Assembly (NCBI RefSeq): GCF_964204645.1
Contig: NC_134030.1
Location: forward strand, 7,482,778-7,546,777
Length of the DNA: 64,000 bases
Reading direction: 5' to 3'
Origin: Tubulanus polymorphus
Lineage: Eukaryota > Animalia > Nemertea
The notes beneath the pieces were generated by a model. That model was given only the letters and a program-made list of their open reading frames with translations. It did not search any database and had not been told where the DNA came from. Numbering within the stretch: the stretch's first letter is position 1; every line of letters begins with the position of its first letter. Shown one piece after another: positions 20,695-33,788 of the stretch. The position numbers and the translations under genes are program-made.

Positions 20695-21300
20695 ATGGGA
20701 GGGCATTGAGGGAGGCTTGGTGGGAGGGCATTGAGGGAGGGCTAGGGGGGAGGCATTGAGGGAGGCTAGGTGGGTGGGCAGGGAGGGCTTGGTGGGTGGG
20801 CATTGAGGGAAGGTGGGGTCTGGGAGGGATGGGGGTCTGGGAGGGAGAGCGGGAGGGATGGGGTTTGGGAGGGAAGGAGGGCGGGCGGGGTGGGGTTTGG
20901 GGGGAAGGGTGGGAGGGATGGGGTCTGGGAGGGAAGGAATGAGGGTGGGTGGGGTGGGGTGGGGTTTGGGAGTGTGGGAGGGACGGGTCTGGGAGGGCGG
21001 GAGGGACGGGGTCTGGGAGGGCGGGAGGGATGGGGTTTGGGAGGGCGGGAGGGATGGGGTCTGGGAGGGCGGGAGGGAAGGGGTCTGGGAGGGCGGGAGG
21101 GAAGGGGTCTGGGAGGGCGGGAGGGAAGGGGTCTGGGAGGGTCGGGAGGGATGGGGTTTGGGAGGGCGGGAGGGATGGGGTCTGGGAGGGCGGGAGGGAA
21201 GGGGTCTGGGAGGGCGGGAGGGAAGGGGTCTGGGAGGGCGGGAGGGAAGGGGTCTGGGAGGGTCGGGAGGGATGGGGTCTGGGAGGGTCGGGACGGGAGG
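20695..21300 (+). repeat. G-rich 24-bp minisatellite, same family as 6481-6935
   Basis: Unit GGGAGGGCGGGAGGGAAGGGGTCT. Confidence 0.9.
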
Positions 21301-24300
21301 TTAGGTGAGTTGAAGTGTTACAATGTTTTAGTTAGACAGATGGGAATTGTGAAGATGAGAGAACAAATCACTGTCAAATCACAGGATGGAGTAATGCAGT
21401 GATCTATACTCTATATCTGCACACTATGTTACATGTATCTGTAACTGTTCAATCGGTCCAAAATCTACAGCAAAATTGTGAACACATTTATTGTGACGAA
21501 GGAACATAATTGATAACAGTTGTTGACAGTTGTTGTTAACTGTTATTGACAATAGAGACCAGTTTCTGATTGATTGAAAACTTTAGAGATGTTACTTATT
21601 GCTGCTCTGTTGTCACTGATTATTGTTTCTTTTTCTTTTCAGAATGAAATAAATGCAATAGAATCTACTAAGTTATGTTCAAAGCTAATGACGGATTTCT
21701 CTACAGAATTCTCAGGAGTCTCTGTCGACGATTTGAATTATTTTCGAACTAAAAACTGCTGTTTTAATCTCATCTGATGTTTTACTCTCATTTCAGAAAT
21801 ACACAGCAGCAGGTAAAACCTGTTTGGAAATATATCATCAGTATACATTATCTATCTGGTTATTTTTCATATCACAGCAGTTTGAGGTGAGTTTTCAATC
21901 ATTTAAATCCTGATCGAAGTTGAAATTATCGATGTCTTATGTTTTTCATACATATTTTCAGTGGATGGAGCGATAGAGGTTTTAGTGCCTAACAGCCGAC
22001 CTCAGATACCGTTAGCTTAAAACATTGAGTAAAATGGTGAGATATGGTTTGAAACTGCTCTTATTTCATGACAACTTCATGTAATGTATGCTTCTCTACA
22101 ACATTTGTATTTTAGGGGGCAAAATGTAGGTGAACCATTGCAAATCTGCAAACAGTAAACATTGTGTTCTACAAATTAAACACAAGTGGTGAGTGCCAGA
22201 ATTTACAACTCATAAGACCTGGTTCAAAGTTCACCTCAAACATATTGCTAGATCCTCCTCACATGCATCCTGATAATTCTGCAAACAAGTGAGATGAACG
22301 CTGTGAGCCTCAATCTGAAACAGCACTCATTTCATAACAACTTGACTGACAATTGATAGCATTTATGCATTTGTATTTTAGGAGCCAAAATAAGCGGAAC
22401 CTTTGACAGAATCTGTGAATGCTAACACTAGGAATTCACTGAAGATTTGTAAATGATGGACATTATTTAGATCCTCTCAATTCATAACAAGCATCGGTAA
22501 ATATCTCTGCAGATTCCAGTCTCTATAAAACTTGCTACTGTTAGACTAAATGTATGAAGTCATTTCCTGATAAAAAGTTTTTCTTTTATGACCATCCATT
22601 TCCATAAATAGAACGAATGACTTCTGAGCGAGAAACATTGGAGAATTTGAAATCGTTCTACGAGATTTAAACACCATAGAACTACAGTCAGTTATTAAAA
22701 TCAGTTAAGGTGAATTTTCAATCACTTCTATCCTGGTAAAAGTTAAGAAATTATGAAGTCAAAATTATGCAACTTTTGTACTTTAGGGGCCAAAATAAAA
22801 CTGAACCTCAGCTAATATGCATACAGTAGACATTGCAATTGAGTGCTACAAATCAAAACACAAGTCAGAAGTGGTGAGTTTTATTTCAATTGATTGGTGT
22901 AATTTGTGGTGATTTATCAGTTATTAACTTTATTTATCATTTTTTGTCCGGTTTCAATAGATATGTCTTCAAATCAAGTCAGGAAAATGTTTTTGGTTTC
23001 TGATGGGTCAATTTCAGCAGAAAGATATCAATGCTTTTTGTACATTTTATTTTAGAGTATATTCTATTCAGACGTCTCAGAAATCTGCATATACTCAACA
23101 TATGGTAGGTTTTCAGTCTAAAGTACACGAACAAGCTACATTTTCTATTTATTTCACTAATTATTTTCTAGTATAATTTCTCTCTTTCCAGAATGCGATG
23201 CACCACACACAAATTGCAGCTGGAGAAATTGAGAATATTCACCTTCAAATATTGAAGAAGCTCATTGTTGCTGAAGTTGCTGTTATTTCTATAAGAAGCC
23301 AAGTAATTTTCTCCACACGATTCAACCTGGTTTTCGCTTGTTATAAAACTTTGTATTTCAATTATTTGTAAATTCTTTTTTTGTTTTTCAGTAAATCCCT
23401 AGTGCTCTTAACTTAATGACATTATGGCTCTTGGAAGTGAAATCCTGCTAGAAATGGAAATGCTATGGTACAACACTTAAAAGACTGCCATCAGATAAAC
23501 ATAAGTTTGAAAATGGTTGGTTTTCTAATAGTATTTAGTCTTAATTTCTGACTGTTAGAGTTTTGTAAATACGATGCTAGTTGTACTCATGGTATGATTT
23601 TTTCGCAGCGTGAAATTTGTCCAATAGAACAGTTTGAAAGTTGATCAAAGATTGAATAATGGTGTTTAATTATTTGGAGTTCTATAAGGTAACTATAAAA
23701 CTCTTATGAAATTCCCAGAGTATCTGAAATCTGTGTCGCGAGATAGACTGATGATGATGAATTATAAGCATTAGGGGTAGGGCAGGGCACTGTCTATGTC
23801 GGTTCGGATTTAAGTAAACTCTTAGTCTTAAAATAAATTGTTAGAATTAATAAGAATAATGAACTTTTATTTGTTATACGAACTGGAATATTTGTGAACT
23901 CTTGTTGTGGTATATTTGAGCTGTGTGATGCCATGAATTATAAGCAATAATGAACTTTTAATTAGAAATATTAGTGTGATACATTTGAAATGGCCAAAAA
24001 AGTGAAGTGGCCGTGGCTGCCACAGCTGCTACGGTCCTGGTCTCTATGGTCAGAAATTCATGCCAGAAAACATGGATCATGCAATGTTATGATTAAATTA
24101 TTCTCTTATGTATTGTAGGCGGTTTCTGTCTTATCGATTGTAAAATCAGTTGATGAACTGCTTCATCATGTTACGACCAAGCAGGATAAAATATATGGTT
24201 GCCCTATTTGTCCCCCAAGCATATTTAAACCAACATTTCTCAACCGGACCAAACGGTATTTTCAGAGTCACATTCGAGCAGGTGTTCATGTGCAAGGTAA

Positions 24301-24609
24301 GTTCCTAGATATCACACATGAATGTGACACTTTCAGGTTATGAGATTAAATTTTTGTTTAGGAAGACATGACAAGCTGCTCTATGGTCAACAATTATGCC
24401 TAGATCATTTTCCCTTATTTTTTCTTAAAGAGCCTATTGGTTGATTTTCCAGGTGAAATAGTTTTAGCCTGCCATTTACCATGCCATTCAAAAGACAGCT
24501 CGCATGGTCACTACCACTGCCCCTGATGCAAACGGATCATTCGCAGAAAATCTGACTTTACGACACATGTTCTGAAATGTGAACACGAAAACTTACTAGG
24601 GGATATTCT

Positions 24610-25110
24610 GTCCGAACGTGCAAGACCCGTTGTAGAAGCTCCATCCGAACGTGCGGGACCGGTTGTAGAAGCTTCGTTCGAACGTGCGAGTCTGTCGTAG
24701 AAGCTCCGTCCGAATGTGTGAGACCTGTCGTAGAAGCTCCATCCCAACGTGCGAGACCTGTCGTAGAAGCTCCAGCCCAACGTGTGAGACCGGTTGTAGA
24801 AGCTTCGTTCGAACGTGCGAGTCTGTCGTAAAAGCTTCGTCCGAATGTGTGAGACCTGTCGTAGAAGCTTCATCCGAACATGCGAGACCGGTTGTAGAAG
24901 CTTCGTCTGAACGTGCGAGACTGTCTTAGAAGCTCCATCCGAACGTGTGAGATGGGTTGTAGAAGCTTCGTCCGAACATGCGAGACCTGTCATAGAAGCT
25001 CCATCTGAACATGCGAGACCGGTTGTAGAAGCTTCGTCCGAACATTCGAGACCGGTTGTAGAAGCTCCATTCGAACATTCGAGACCGGTTGTAGAAGCTC
25101 TGTCCGAATG
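24610..25110 (+). repeat. 33-bp coding minisatellite (SERARPVVEAS-like 11-aa unit) inside the transposase exon
   Basis: GTCCGAACGTGCGAGACCGGTTGTAGAAGCTTC, about 15 copies, several with small deletions. Confidence 0.9.
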
Positions 25111-25822
25111 TATCTTGTTTCACATAGTCTTCATGGTGCTGGACATCCAATCCACGTGCTGATCAAGACAACAGCACTGGCGTTACTTAAATGTGAAAGC
25201 GAGAACTGTCAAACTGCAGCAGCAACCAGCACACGAGGTAGAAAGTCGATCAATTCATGGAGACCGAATGACCGATATATATTCATGTCAGTTTATAACG
25301 GAACTGTTCATAACTGGGCTTGTTTTGGTAGGTGCATTGTGCAATATGACATAATTAAAGACAAGATTATGTGTAAGTGTTGCTCAGTAATGCGAGGATG
25401 TGTTCATAAGACTGTTGCGAAATGGTATTTGAGGCAAGCCGGCATAACTCATACCACTGAACCCTATACAACAGATACGCAAAATAGGGGTATTGACTCG
25501 ACATATCCACCACGTGAGATCAGTGTAATGGTTGATTATATTAATACCAACAAGCGAATTCCAGCAAATATCTCCCATTACGATTATAGTACCAAGGTTT
25601 GGGAATTCAAACCGAAAGAAACGCAATGTGCATGTGGGTCAAAATATTTATGTGAGATGTTGTATTCAATGAATGGGAAGATTGTGGATAAAACCACAAT
25701 ACAAGAAGGTATATTAATTTACACACATCTGTGTACTTGTTCTGTTACTACGTATATATTATTCTGTAGGCACTAATTTAAGCTCATTTTTCTATTTTTT
25801 CAGATGTCATGGTATTTGTTAA

Positions 25823-26103
25823 CCCTTTCAGTGCTGACTAATTAATACCCTATAGTGCTGGAGAAAATTTGAAAATTCTAAAAAATTCCACCCTAGTGTG
25901 TTGAACAATGGAAATACCACTATAGTGCGTCTACACCGCAGTGCGGTGTATCGTTAGTTACTAGTATTTCACTATGTTTGACACTTGCTGCCATTTTTCA
26001 ATAGAGATAATTACAAGTTACATCAATACACCGCAGTGCGGTGTACTAGCAAAATCCATCACTGATTTATACACCGCACTGCGGTGTAGACGCACTGAAA
26101 GGG
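25823..26103. mobile_element. piggyBac-type MITE (TTAA TSD)
   Basis: TTAA|CCCTTTCAGTGC...GCACTGAAAGGG|TTAA, with internal TACACCGCAGTGCGGTGTA palindromes. Removing it restores the transposase reading frame. Confidence 0.92.
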
Positions 26104-28869
26104 TTAAGCAATGTCAGGATTGCTGTACCTTTTATAGATACCAGGAATATACAGATGGGGTACATAATTTCAACGACAGCCTCTTCTTGACTCTAAGACT
26201 ATGTCTAATGCTTCGATCAGGCTTGAAGGTAATATGATTATGCAAAATTGGTATTGGGCTTAACCAATCAATGATTATAATGACCCACATTTTTTCCAGG
26301 AACTGAATTATATTGGGTTTTATTTCAGAACCACTCAGCCATCGGAAGGGTTACATCGATGATTGAAGATATGTTAGATGCTACCCTACATCATCAGAAT
26401 ATTTTAGATGCGTATTTACACTTTGAGGCGCTATGTGAGCATAGCTATGACTTCTTGTGTGTTCAGTGTGGAGACCACCCTGCCATATTAGCGTAAGATG
26501 TTTGCAAAAAGGTTTCATTCAAGTTAAATGGTATGTTTCCTTTCGTTCTATGATTGAAATTAGAATATTGGAAGATGTTATTGTATGGTGGTGTTTATGT
26601 TTTTAGCGAGTGACTTAACTCCGCCTGCAGACTGCCCGGAGGTTGTAGATATGGACAGATTTTATTCTGCTCTCGGTAATGACGTAGTGTCGGCTGGATT
26701 TCTGAAAGGTGAGATTTGTATGTGAATGATGTCTGTGGTGTTCTTTATTTGTTTCTTTTGATTACAGTGGGCAATTATTTCTCTTTGGTATGTTCCAGGT
26801 AGCAACCGACCAAGTTTGCAGGCATCATTTAAACACTGGGCACTGTGGATCGGAAAATCGAGGAAAGATGATGGGATGGCTTACAATACTGAATTTGTTA
26901 AATGCCATCTTTTAGAAGACATACCACAGTGTGAGGAGCATGACCTTACTGCTGAACACCTGATAGCGTTCATGTGCGATAAAGAGGTAGAATATCCTTG
27001 GTATGTACAAAATGCAACTAATACTTAGTTACCATAACGCAAATTATTTGCATCTGGAATGTATTTGTCAATTTGCTTTTCAGTTTAAGGCTGATGATGT
27101 CAAGAAAGTTTGCAAGAGTTTAGTACTTAAGTCAGTTCCTTCAAAGATTAATGATAATAAAAATATTCAAAGGAAAGTGTTCGGCAATCATCAGATGATT
27201 AAGAGATTTTTAAAGCTTTGGGGTGCATCTGGTGAGCAAATTATTGAATTGATTAACAATTTGAATTGCAATAAACTTCATTCAAATATCTGTTCTGCAT
27301 TATGCTTTAACAATTGTTACATCATCTGTAATTCAACCTAGAGCTTTGTTTTCAGGTGGCCTTCTGTTAGCTACATGTCCACACAACATCGTTTATGGGA
27401 TGAAAGTTCTTTTATGAGGTGAAAGCCCGCGGGATCATGTCGACATCCTACTAAGTTTGCAACATCAACCAACGATAGTTTTATGTGATATGGCCCCAAT
27501 TATTGCCAAGCACGGGAACAGTCGTCAACCTAATATGTTTCGGCCCAACAATGGAAGGCTGGCACCAGCGAATGAACAGACAGTTAAAATGGCGAAGGAG
27601 GGACGATTACAGTTTGATCTACCATGCGTGACGTATACGGCTGGTGTCCACAGTACTGGTCATCCTGTTACCGGTAGTTCAAACAAATATGTATTATTCG
27701 ACCGTTTCCATTAAGGAAACTGTAAATAGGATTCAGAGTTACTGAGGCGCATTACGATTGTCCCTCAGCTAAATGGATGGATCAATTCTCAATCTCAGGA
27801 GCAGGTGAATTCATCAATACGGCGTGACAATTACTTCCTGGATTCGCTGGGACCAGGAAAACAGGTATTCATGACAAGATTAATATTGCACCTGTGGAAT
27901 GAAAAGAAAAACAGGGTTATGACGAAAAAAATGGTCAAGAGATTCGGAGATGTGTGCTTAGATGAATTGGAACGTCCATTGTTTACTGACATCGGTCATT
28001 TATCTTTTCAGATGCAGCTAGTGCTTTACTTGATTTAGGGTTAGATGTTATCCATTCTCAGCGAGTCGATGATGCCGCAACTGCATTACTCAATCTGGCC
28101 TCAATCGACGAACATAAATCAATGGAAAACACGAGTTCCAAAATCAGGGAATCAAAAATGAAACCATGTAACATAGTAAAGAATGTGTATTCCCTTAGAA
28201 AAGACCCACAAAAGGTTAGAAATATGTGCTTATCACTCACCCATATGTAATCCGTACCATCTTACTGTTATTATTATACATGTAAATGTTTTAATCTACA
28301 GGCGAAGAAAAAGGATAGCTTTGTGTACACGGATAACTGTAAACCCAGAAAGAAACTGAAAACATGCTCGTCAACACGGTAAATTAGAAAATTGGGATTT
28401 TACTCACTGAAAATATTCATTTTTTAGTTGTTTTGTACATAGTTATGTATTTCTTTCTAGTGTGATTAAGGCCACAATGCACCAGGGTAGTTTGGGCTGG
28501 CAGATGCAAGTTTTCTCTATTCAAGGACAAAGTGGGGACCAATATGCCATTTGACAGGGACCAGGAAGCCATCTACCTTGAGATTGATATACTGCCACTT
28601 ACTTCAGACTTCTGCAATTTGAAAGTTTAAAGACAAATGAAAATTTTTATATTGTGCCGGCCAGTACAGACCGGACCTACTGTTGTTCTGTTTGTAATGG
28701 TTTCATTGACAGTGAATCATGTATCCATTAAAACAATGGAGTCATCCCCTGATTCGTCGAATCATGTATCCATTAAAACAATGGAGTCATCCCCTGATTC
28801 GTCTCATTATGCTGTGCCGTGATTTTTGCTGTAGATAGCCTGTTCACAAACTCTGGCGTAGAAATAGAT

Positions 28870-29170
28870 GATTAGAACCCGCTATATACAGATTTAAAAG
28901 ATTAGACTAGAATCAGAATCGAAATTAAACTTGCGTAAATGAAGAAATAACTAGAACAACTTATGCACAAAATAACAAACCTCTCAACCTAAGCACTTAA
29001 CACCCCGCGCTCTACTTTTTCAATTAACTTTTTCTTCCTATTCCTCCTGTTTTAGTTATTTCTTCACACCTGACGATGGTTTCTAGGGAGACTCCAAAAC
29101 GTTGTGTCTTTTAATTCTTTTAGATTTGTATATAGTGGGTTTTGATCTTATTTTGATTTTTACTGAAAAT
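28870..29170 (+). mobile_element. Penelope-like element 3' remnant with an inactivated hammerhead
   Basis: Decayed GIY-YIG C-terminus-like coding (MHK.QT.QPK.LN) followed by ACAC-CTGACGA-T-GG..CC-AAAA-CGTT-GTGT at 29066-29107, where GAAA has become AAAA. Confidence 0.55.
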
Positions 29171-29333
29171 TGAAATTGAATATTAATGATGGGCTTTCTG
29201 AGATGGATCAAGGGCATGAGATATTTTACACACTCCATGTAACTGCATTAGTTTGTAATTGTTTCTACCTCAAAACCCAGTTCCGGGGATGGGTTCCACT
29301 GTTCTGGGCATGTTTGTATAAACTTGTATAATA

Positions 29334-29782
29334 CAATAAACCAGCTTAATTCGTATCTCTTGGGACCGTGGTTTTTTTCTACGAATTAGACATTATACGG
29401 ATTATACATAATTAGTATTTTCTATGAATAAGTGTAATTCGTAGAATTAACTATTTATCTATCAATTCGTATAAACTACGAATAAAAGCCAGCTAAAAAT
29501 TTTTTCCACTGGCATTGGAACAAACGCCACGGCCACGGCCATTCATTGTTCAGACTTGACTGACTGACAAGTAATTGATAAGCTTGCCAATCACTGCCAG
29601 CAATGGGATAGAATTACGCGTCGTATTTTCTTTTGTTTTTAAGAAAAGGGACCTTGGATAAGGCTACGATTTACGAAGTACGAATTAACCGATGGAGATT
29701 AAAGGGAATAATGGAGGGAAAAATCGGGACCCGTCTTTTTTATATGAATTAGGTAGTTATACGAATTAAGCAAGGTTGACTC
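29334..29782. mobile_element. Tc1/pogo (Tigger-like) MITE
   Basis: TA|CAATAAACCAGCTTAATTCGTA ... TACGAATTAAGCAAGGTTGACTC|TA, with many internal TACGAATTA motifs. Confidence 0.7.
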
Positions 29783-31690
29783 TATTGTAAATGGGCTTAT
29801 AGTCCCCACAGTCAATAAAAGTTGACAAATATTGACAGGTTTTCTTTTATCTTGGGACTTTGTTTTGTATGAACTGTTGTGATCACTTTATTGTTGTGTT
29901 GTGATCCTGTTATTTGAAATAAATGTATATTTTCTCTGTTGTTCCATTTCTGATTCAGACGCCAGCAGTTTCATAGACTGCGTACATGATAAACCTTGCG
30001 TAAGCGATAAACCTACATCCCATAGGTTCAGTTTCATAGAAAATGATTTACTCAAAAGATATTCATTGATCAGGAAAATTGAAATTGAATCGAGTTAAGT
30101 TTTCTAAGGAACTGAGCCGAAGGTCCATCAATTGCGTTTGAACATATTTTATTTTGAAGAAAAAATCCAAACATTGATTCCTCTATACAGTATGTTAAAC
30201 GGATCCTGTGGACCCGGTTTCACTAGCATAGTTTAACTTTATCCTAAATCAATTTAGGAGTTTATTGTGAAAATGGACCCTGCAGGGAATGAAATACTCA
30301 ATCGGTGTATGTGTATGAAACTGCAGGCTACTAAACTGATTAAAACTCCCGCATCATTGACCAATTCCTACCCGGGGTACAGTTCAGGTCCAATCTGTCG
30401 CACATGCAGCACAGTGCGCGATAGTCGCAGTTTTCAAGTGTCCTCGAAAAAATATTGGTTTCGGGGAAAGATAAATGAGAGGCACGCTATCTGTGAGCCA
30501 TTGAATATTAACTGCCTTCCCACTAGGCCTAAACCATAATGCGAATGCAGGGTCCGATCTAAGGAAGAAAGCCACTTGCCCATATTCTGAAATTCCTCTA
30601 AAATTGACTTGCCCTATACAGTCCAATTACTGTCAGCACAATCATCTAATATCGATTGCGAAAAGGCTTTGAGAAATAAAATGCGCTAGCCCAATAGGCA
30701 AGTGGTAATGATGACCAACTCGTCCCGGACAATCAGATATATGCTTAGATCGGACCCTGGAATTGGAAGCAAACTGAATGTGAAAGAATTGCGTGGGTCT
30801 TTGCCTTTTTAAAGTTGATGCCCTTTTTATTTCACTGGTAGTCGTGAAATGGCCCTGGATCCGCCCCTGTAGTTTCACAGGTATGCGATTAACTCCTTTA
30901 TCAATATTTAAGATGGGCAACCCCATAGTTGGTTCGGCAAACATAATCCTCCTGCTTGTTCAAATAATTGAAACCTGATATGTGAGGGTTTCATTTATTC
31001 TTACTCTGGGCTAGGCTCCACAAGAAAACTTCCATATAGATTTTGATTTCTTCATTTCAAGAGTTAAACCGATTTGTGAAACTGTACCCTGGTATGCGAG
31101 GGTTTTAATTAATCTTAATATGGAATGCGAGGGTTTTAATTCACCCCGGCGACCCGGGGTCAGGAGCTATAATCTACCTAATCTAATCTGCTCCAGCCCA
31201 CCCCATCCTCGCTTGCCAGAGGTCCGGTTTAGCTCCCGATCTCGCTTCAAAAATCGGCTTTCCCTTCTTTTGACGTTGAAGATTGGCCAGCTCTCAAATT
31301 CCTACAGATCCGATGGTTGTAGTGGTTATTGGCGCCATGCGCATGATGCGTACGTTCAGGCGCGGATCTATTATGAAATATGAAAAAGGGTTTTTTAAAT
31401 GCCCGCAGGATGAGAAAAAAGCACCGTTTTGCTCCCAGAGGCAGTGTTTCCAATGGTCCTCTTGAAAAGAGTTTGGAAAAACATCATTCTTTGTCCTTTA
31501 TAAAAAGAAAGTCCTTCCAGATTTCATGTTTATCTATTTTTTGTCGCGAATTAAACAGTTTGAATGGGAATTGAGCTGCAATATGTATTTTACTGGGTGA
31601 AGGTATTGGGAAAAATGCTTCTATGGGTCCTCATTTTACTGGAAAGTACTTCTTTCTCGGTCAAATAGTCCTCCTTAACTTGCCGGAAAA

Positions 31691-32552
31691 GGGGCCGTGC
31701 ATAAAGTACGTACGCTTGACTTCCGGGTATTTTTAACCCCCCTCCCCTTGAAAGCATATTGTACGTTTTTTTATAACCCCCCTTGCGTACATACTTTTAG
31801 GGGTAACCCCCCCCCCCCCCAGTAAAACAGAATTTTCAGGAATAATGGTTTAAAGAAGGCAAAATCCACCCTGATTCAACAGAGTTCCTGCTGACGTTGA
31901 TCAACGATCTTCCATGGCGACGAAATGAAAGACTGAAAGTTGGGAATTCCCGAGATCCAAATATAATATATTGAATGCAACAAACCCAGGGAGACCGGTT
32001 TCGCAATTAAGGCTGTGTTTGCTGTACATTAAAGGAAGACGGGTTTACCCACAGACATAGATGTTTATATTAAAATAATGATCACAATAAAAATAAACTA
32101 TTGTTTGTTTTATTCTACTACCTATTGAATATAATTATGAACAGATGTATCTATCATTTCAACAAATTTATCTTACACTATAAGATCCGTTTTTATTCTA
32201 CTGGTTCGGTTTTTACTCGTAACCCCTACAACGTATTAAATTAAACGAATAAGAGTTCATTCTGCATCCTCGCAAGGGTACTGTAATGTCCAATGTGACG
32301 AAATAATCCAACAAACTTCAAGTAATATATTCATTTTATTTTCACTAGACACACTTAGGATCGTCGGCAAACGGGGATATTTGTGAAATTCACATTATGT
32401 TTCGTGCACAAAGTACGTACTATTAATATTAACCCTCCCCCCTTGGAAAGTATGTACGTTTTTAGCTGACCCCTCTCCTCCCCCTGTACGCTTTTGTACG
32501 GATTTTAAGAACCCCCACCCCCTACGGACGTACGTACTTTATGCACGGCCCC
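31691..32552. mobile_element. PIF/Harbinger-like MITE, long copy
   Basis: TIR GGGGCCGTGCATAAAGTACGTACG / CGTACGTACTTTATGCACGGCCCC with a 3-bp TSD AAA. Near-identical deleted copy at 62490. Confidence 0.9.
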
Positions 32553-33788
32553 AAAGTCCGTCCTTGTCAAAAAGAAGAGTGAGAGATTGTGTTATGCAGT
32601 ACCGAATAGAGCTGGGGTTTTTTAACGAAATCACGTTGCTAAATAAAAACAAATTCCATTAAATTGCTTGTTTTGTCTATTTTAACCTTCGAAAATGAAT
32701 GATAAATTACGGCTTGTCTCGTTAGTGCGTTTGATACGATTGAAATGGTTGCCAGTCCCTAAGACCTGTAACCAGTCTATGATCTAGTCAGACCCATCGT
32801 GCTGAGGCGCATGTTTGAAATTGGTTTCTATAAAAACCGATTTCAAACAAATGCGCCTTTGGTTCACATGTATTGAGAGTGGAAACTGATCGATTCATTA
32901 AGCAGGTTGAAGATAGGACCTGCTTAATTTGTAAGACGAGCACCCCCTGCACTTTTTAATGGCATGCCTTACCCTATCGATGCCCGGCTACCGTCATTGA
33001 TGCGCTCGCATCGTTCTGTAATTTTCTCAATCATTCTACGGAGCAAAATTACATTTAACCAGACCATAATTGACATGAGTCTGGTTCATCGCTTGAATTA
33101 GGTTATCGACGTAGCTAAACAACGATACCAGGAGCGGGTGTTAAATTGAACATGGCTTACACAGTTTTACAGGAGCGATCTTTGGAAGGCGGATGTTTCA
33201 GAAACGTCTAATCGAATTTTGCCAAACGAAAGGACTACATTAGTCACGCGAGCGTCTTAGTACACCGTATCATGGAGCGCCGTGAAACCGGCCACTCTCG
33301 GGACTGGGTGAACCCGAGTCCTTATTCTCAAGTTGTAACTGGGTCCACGCCGGGGACCTCACGATTCCTGCTAATTCTTTTAACCGCATGCAGCCAGTTT
33401 TAGAAAATAAATGTTCACGCCGTTAATCAGTAATTCAATATTCGATAAACATCTATTGCTTCCTAACACTTTTTACTGTTTTGCTTCTATGGATTATCAA
33501 CTATTTGAAATCTCTACCCAAAAATAGCAATAAGATTTACAAATTTTCGACAAGCACGAACCCGTTGTTCACCAGAGGATCGGACCGGCAGTCATTTGAA
33601 TTGAATCCGAAGCCGCTGACGTATTTTATTGCAGTCCACATCAAAGCCCAATCCGTGTTTTAATTCTGGTGACTCACAAACACTTCCGGGTTCTAAGATT
33701 TTACTAACGCTTTTTTGTTGATTTTCTCTTTGATTTTTAAGTTATCGAGCGTTATTCATACCGTGAAGGGATTTTTCTTACGGGTAAG

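Larger units (their letters stand above)
24119..28038 (+). pseudogene. Spliced KDZ/Zisupton-type (HMGXB3-like) transposase pseudogene
   Basis: Approximate exons 24119-24296, 24453-25708, 25804-26228, 26329-26530, 26607-26708, 26799-26986, 27083-27231 and 27356-~28000. They encode Zn fingers (CPIC..H, HYHCP*C), SWIM (CKC..RGCVH), a CxC-like block (CQDCCTFYRYQEYTDGVHNFND; CVQCGDHPAILA*D), a SAP-like segment (KADDVKKVCKSL) and the KDZ core (CPHNIVYGMKVLL*GESPRD; VLCDMA; DRFH; NSQSQEQVNS). In-frame stops at 24524, 26494, 27415, 27712 and 27727, plus frameshifts. Confidence 0.85.

Noticed and set aside
28714-28803. Exact 45-bp tandem duplication
   Set aside because: A simple local duplication with no sign of function.
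17670-29330. One giant KDZ element spanning the 40-bp satellite through the transposase
   Set aside because: I could not find matching terminal repeats or a TSD, so the boundaries are unsupported.
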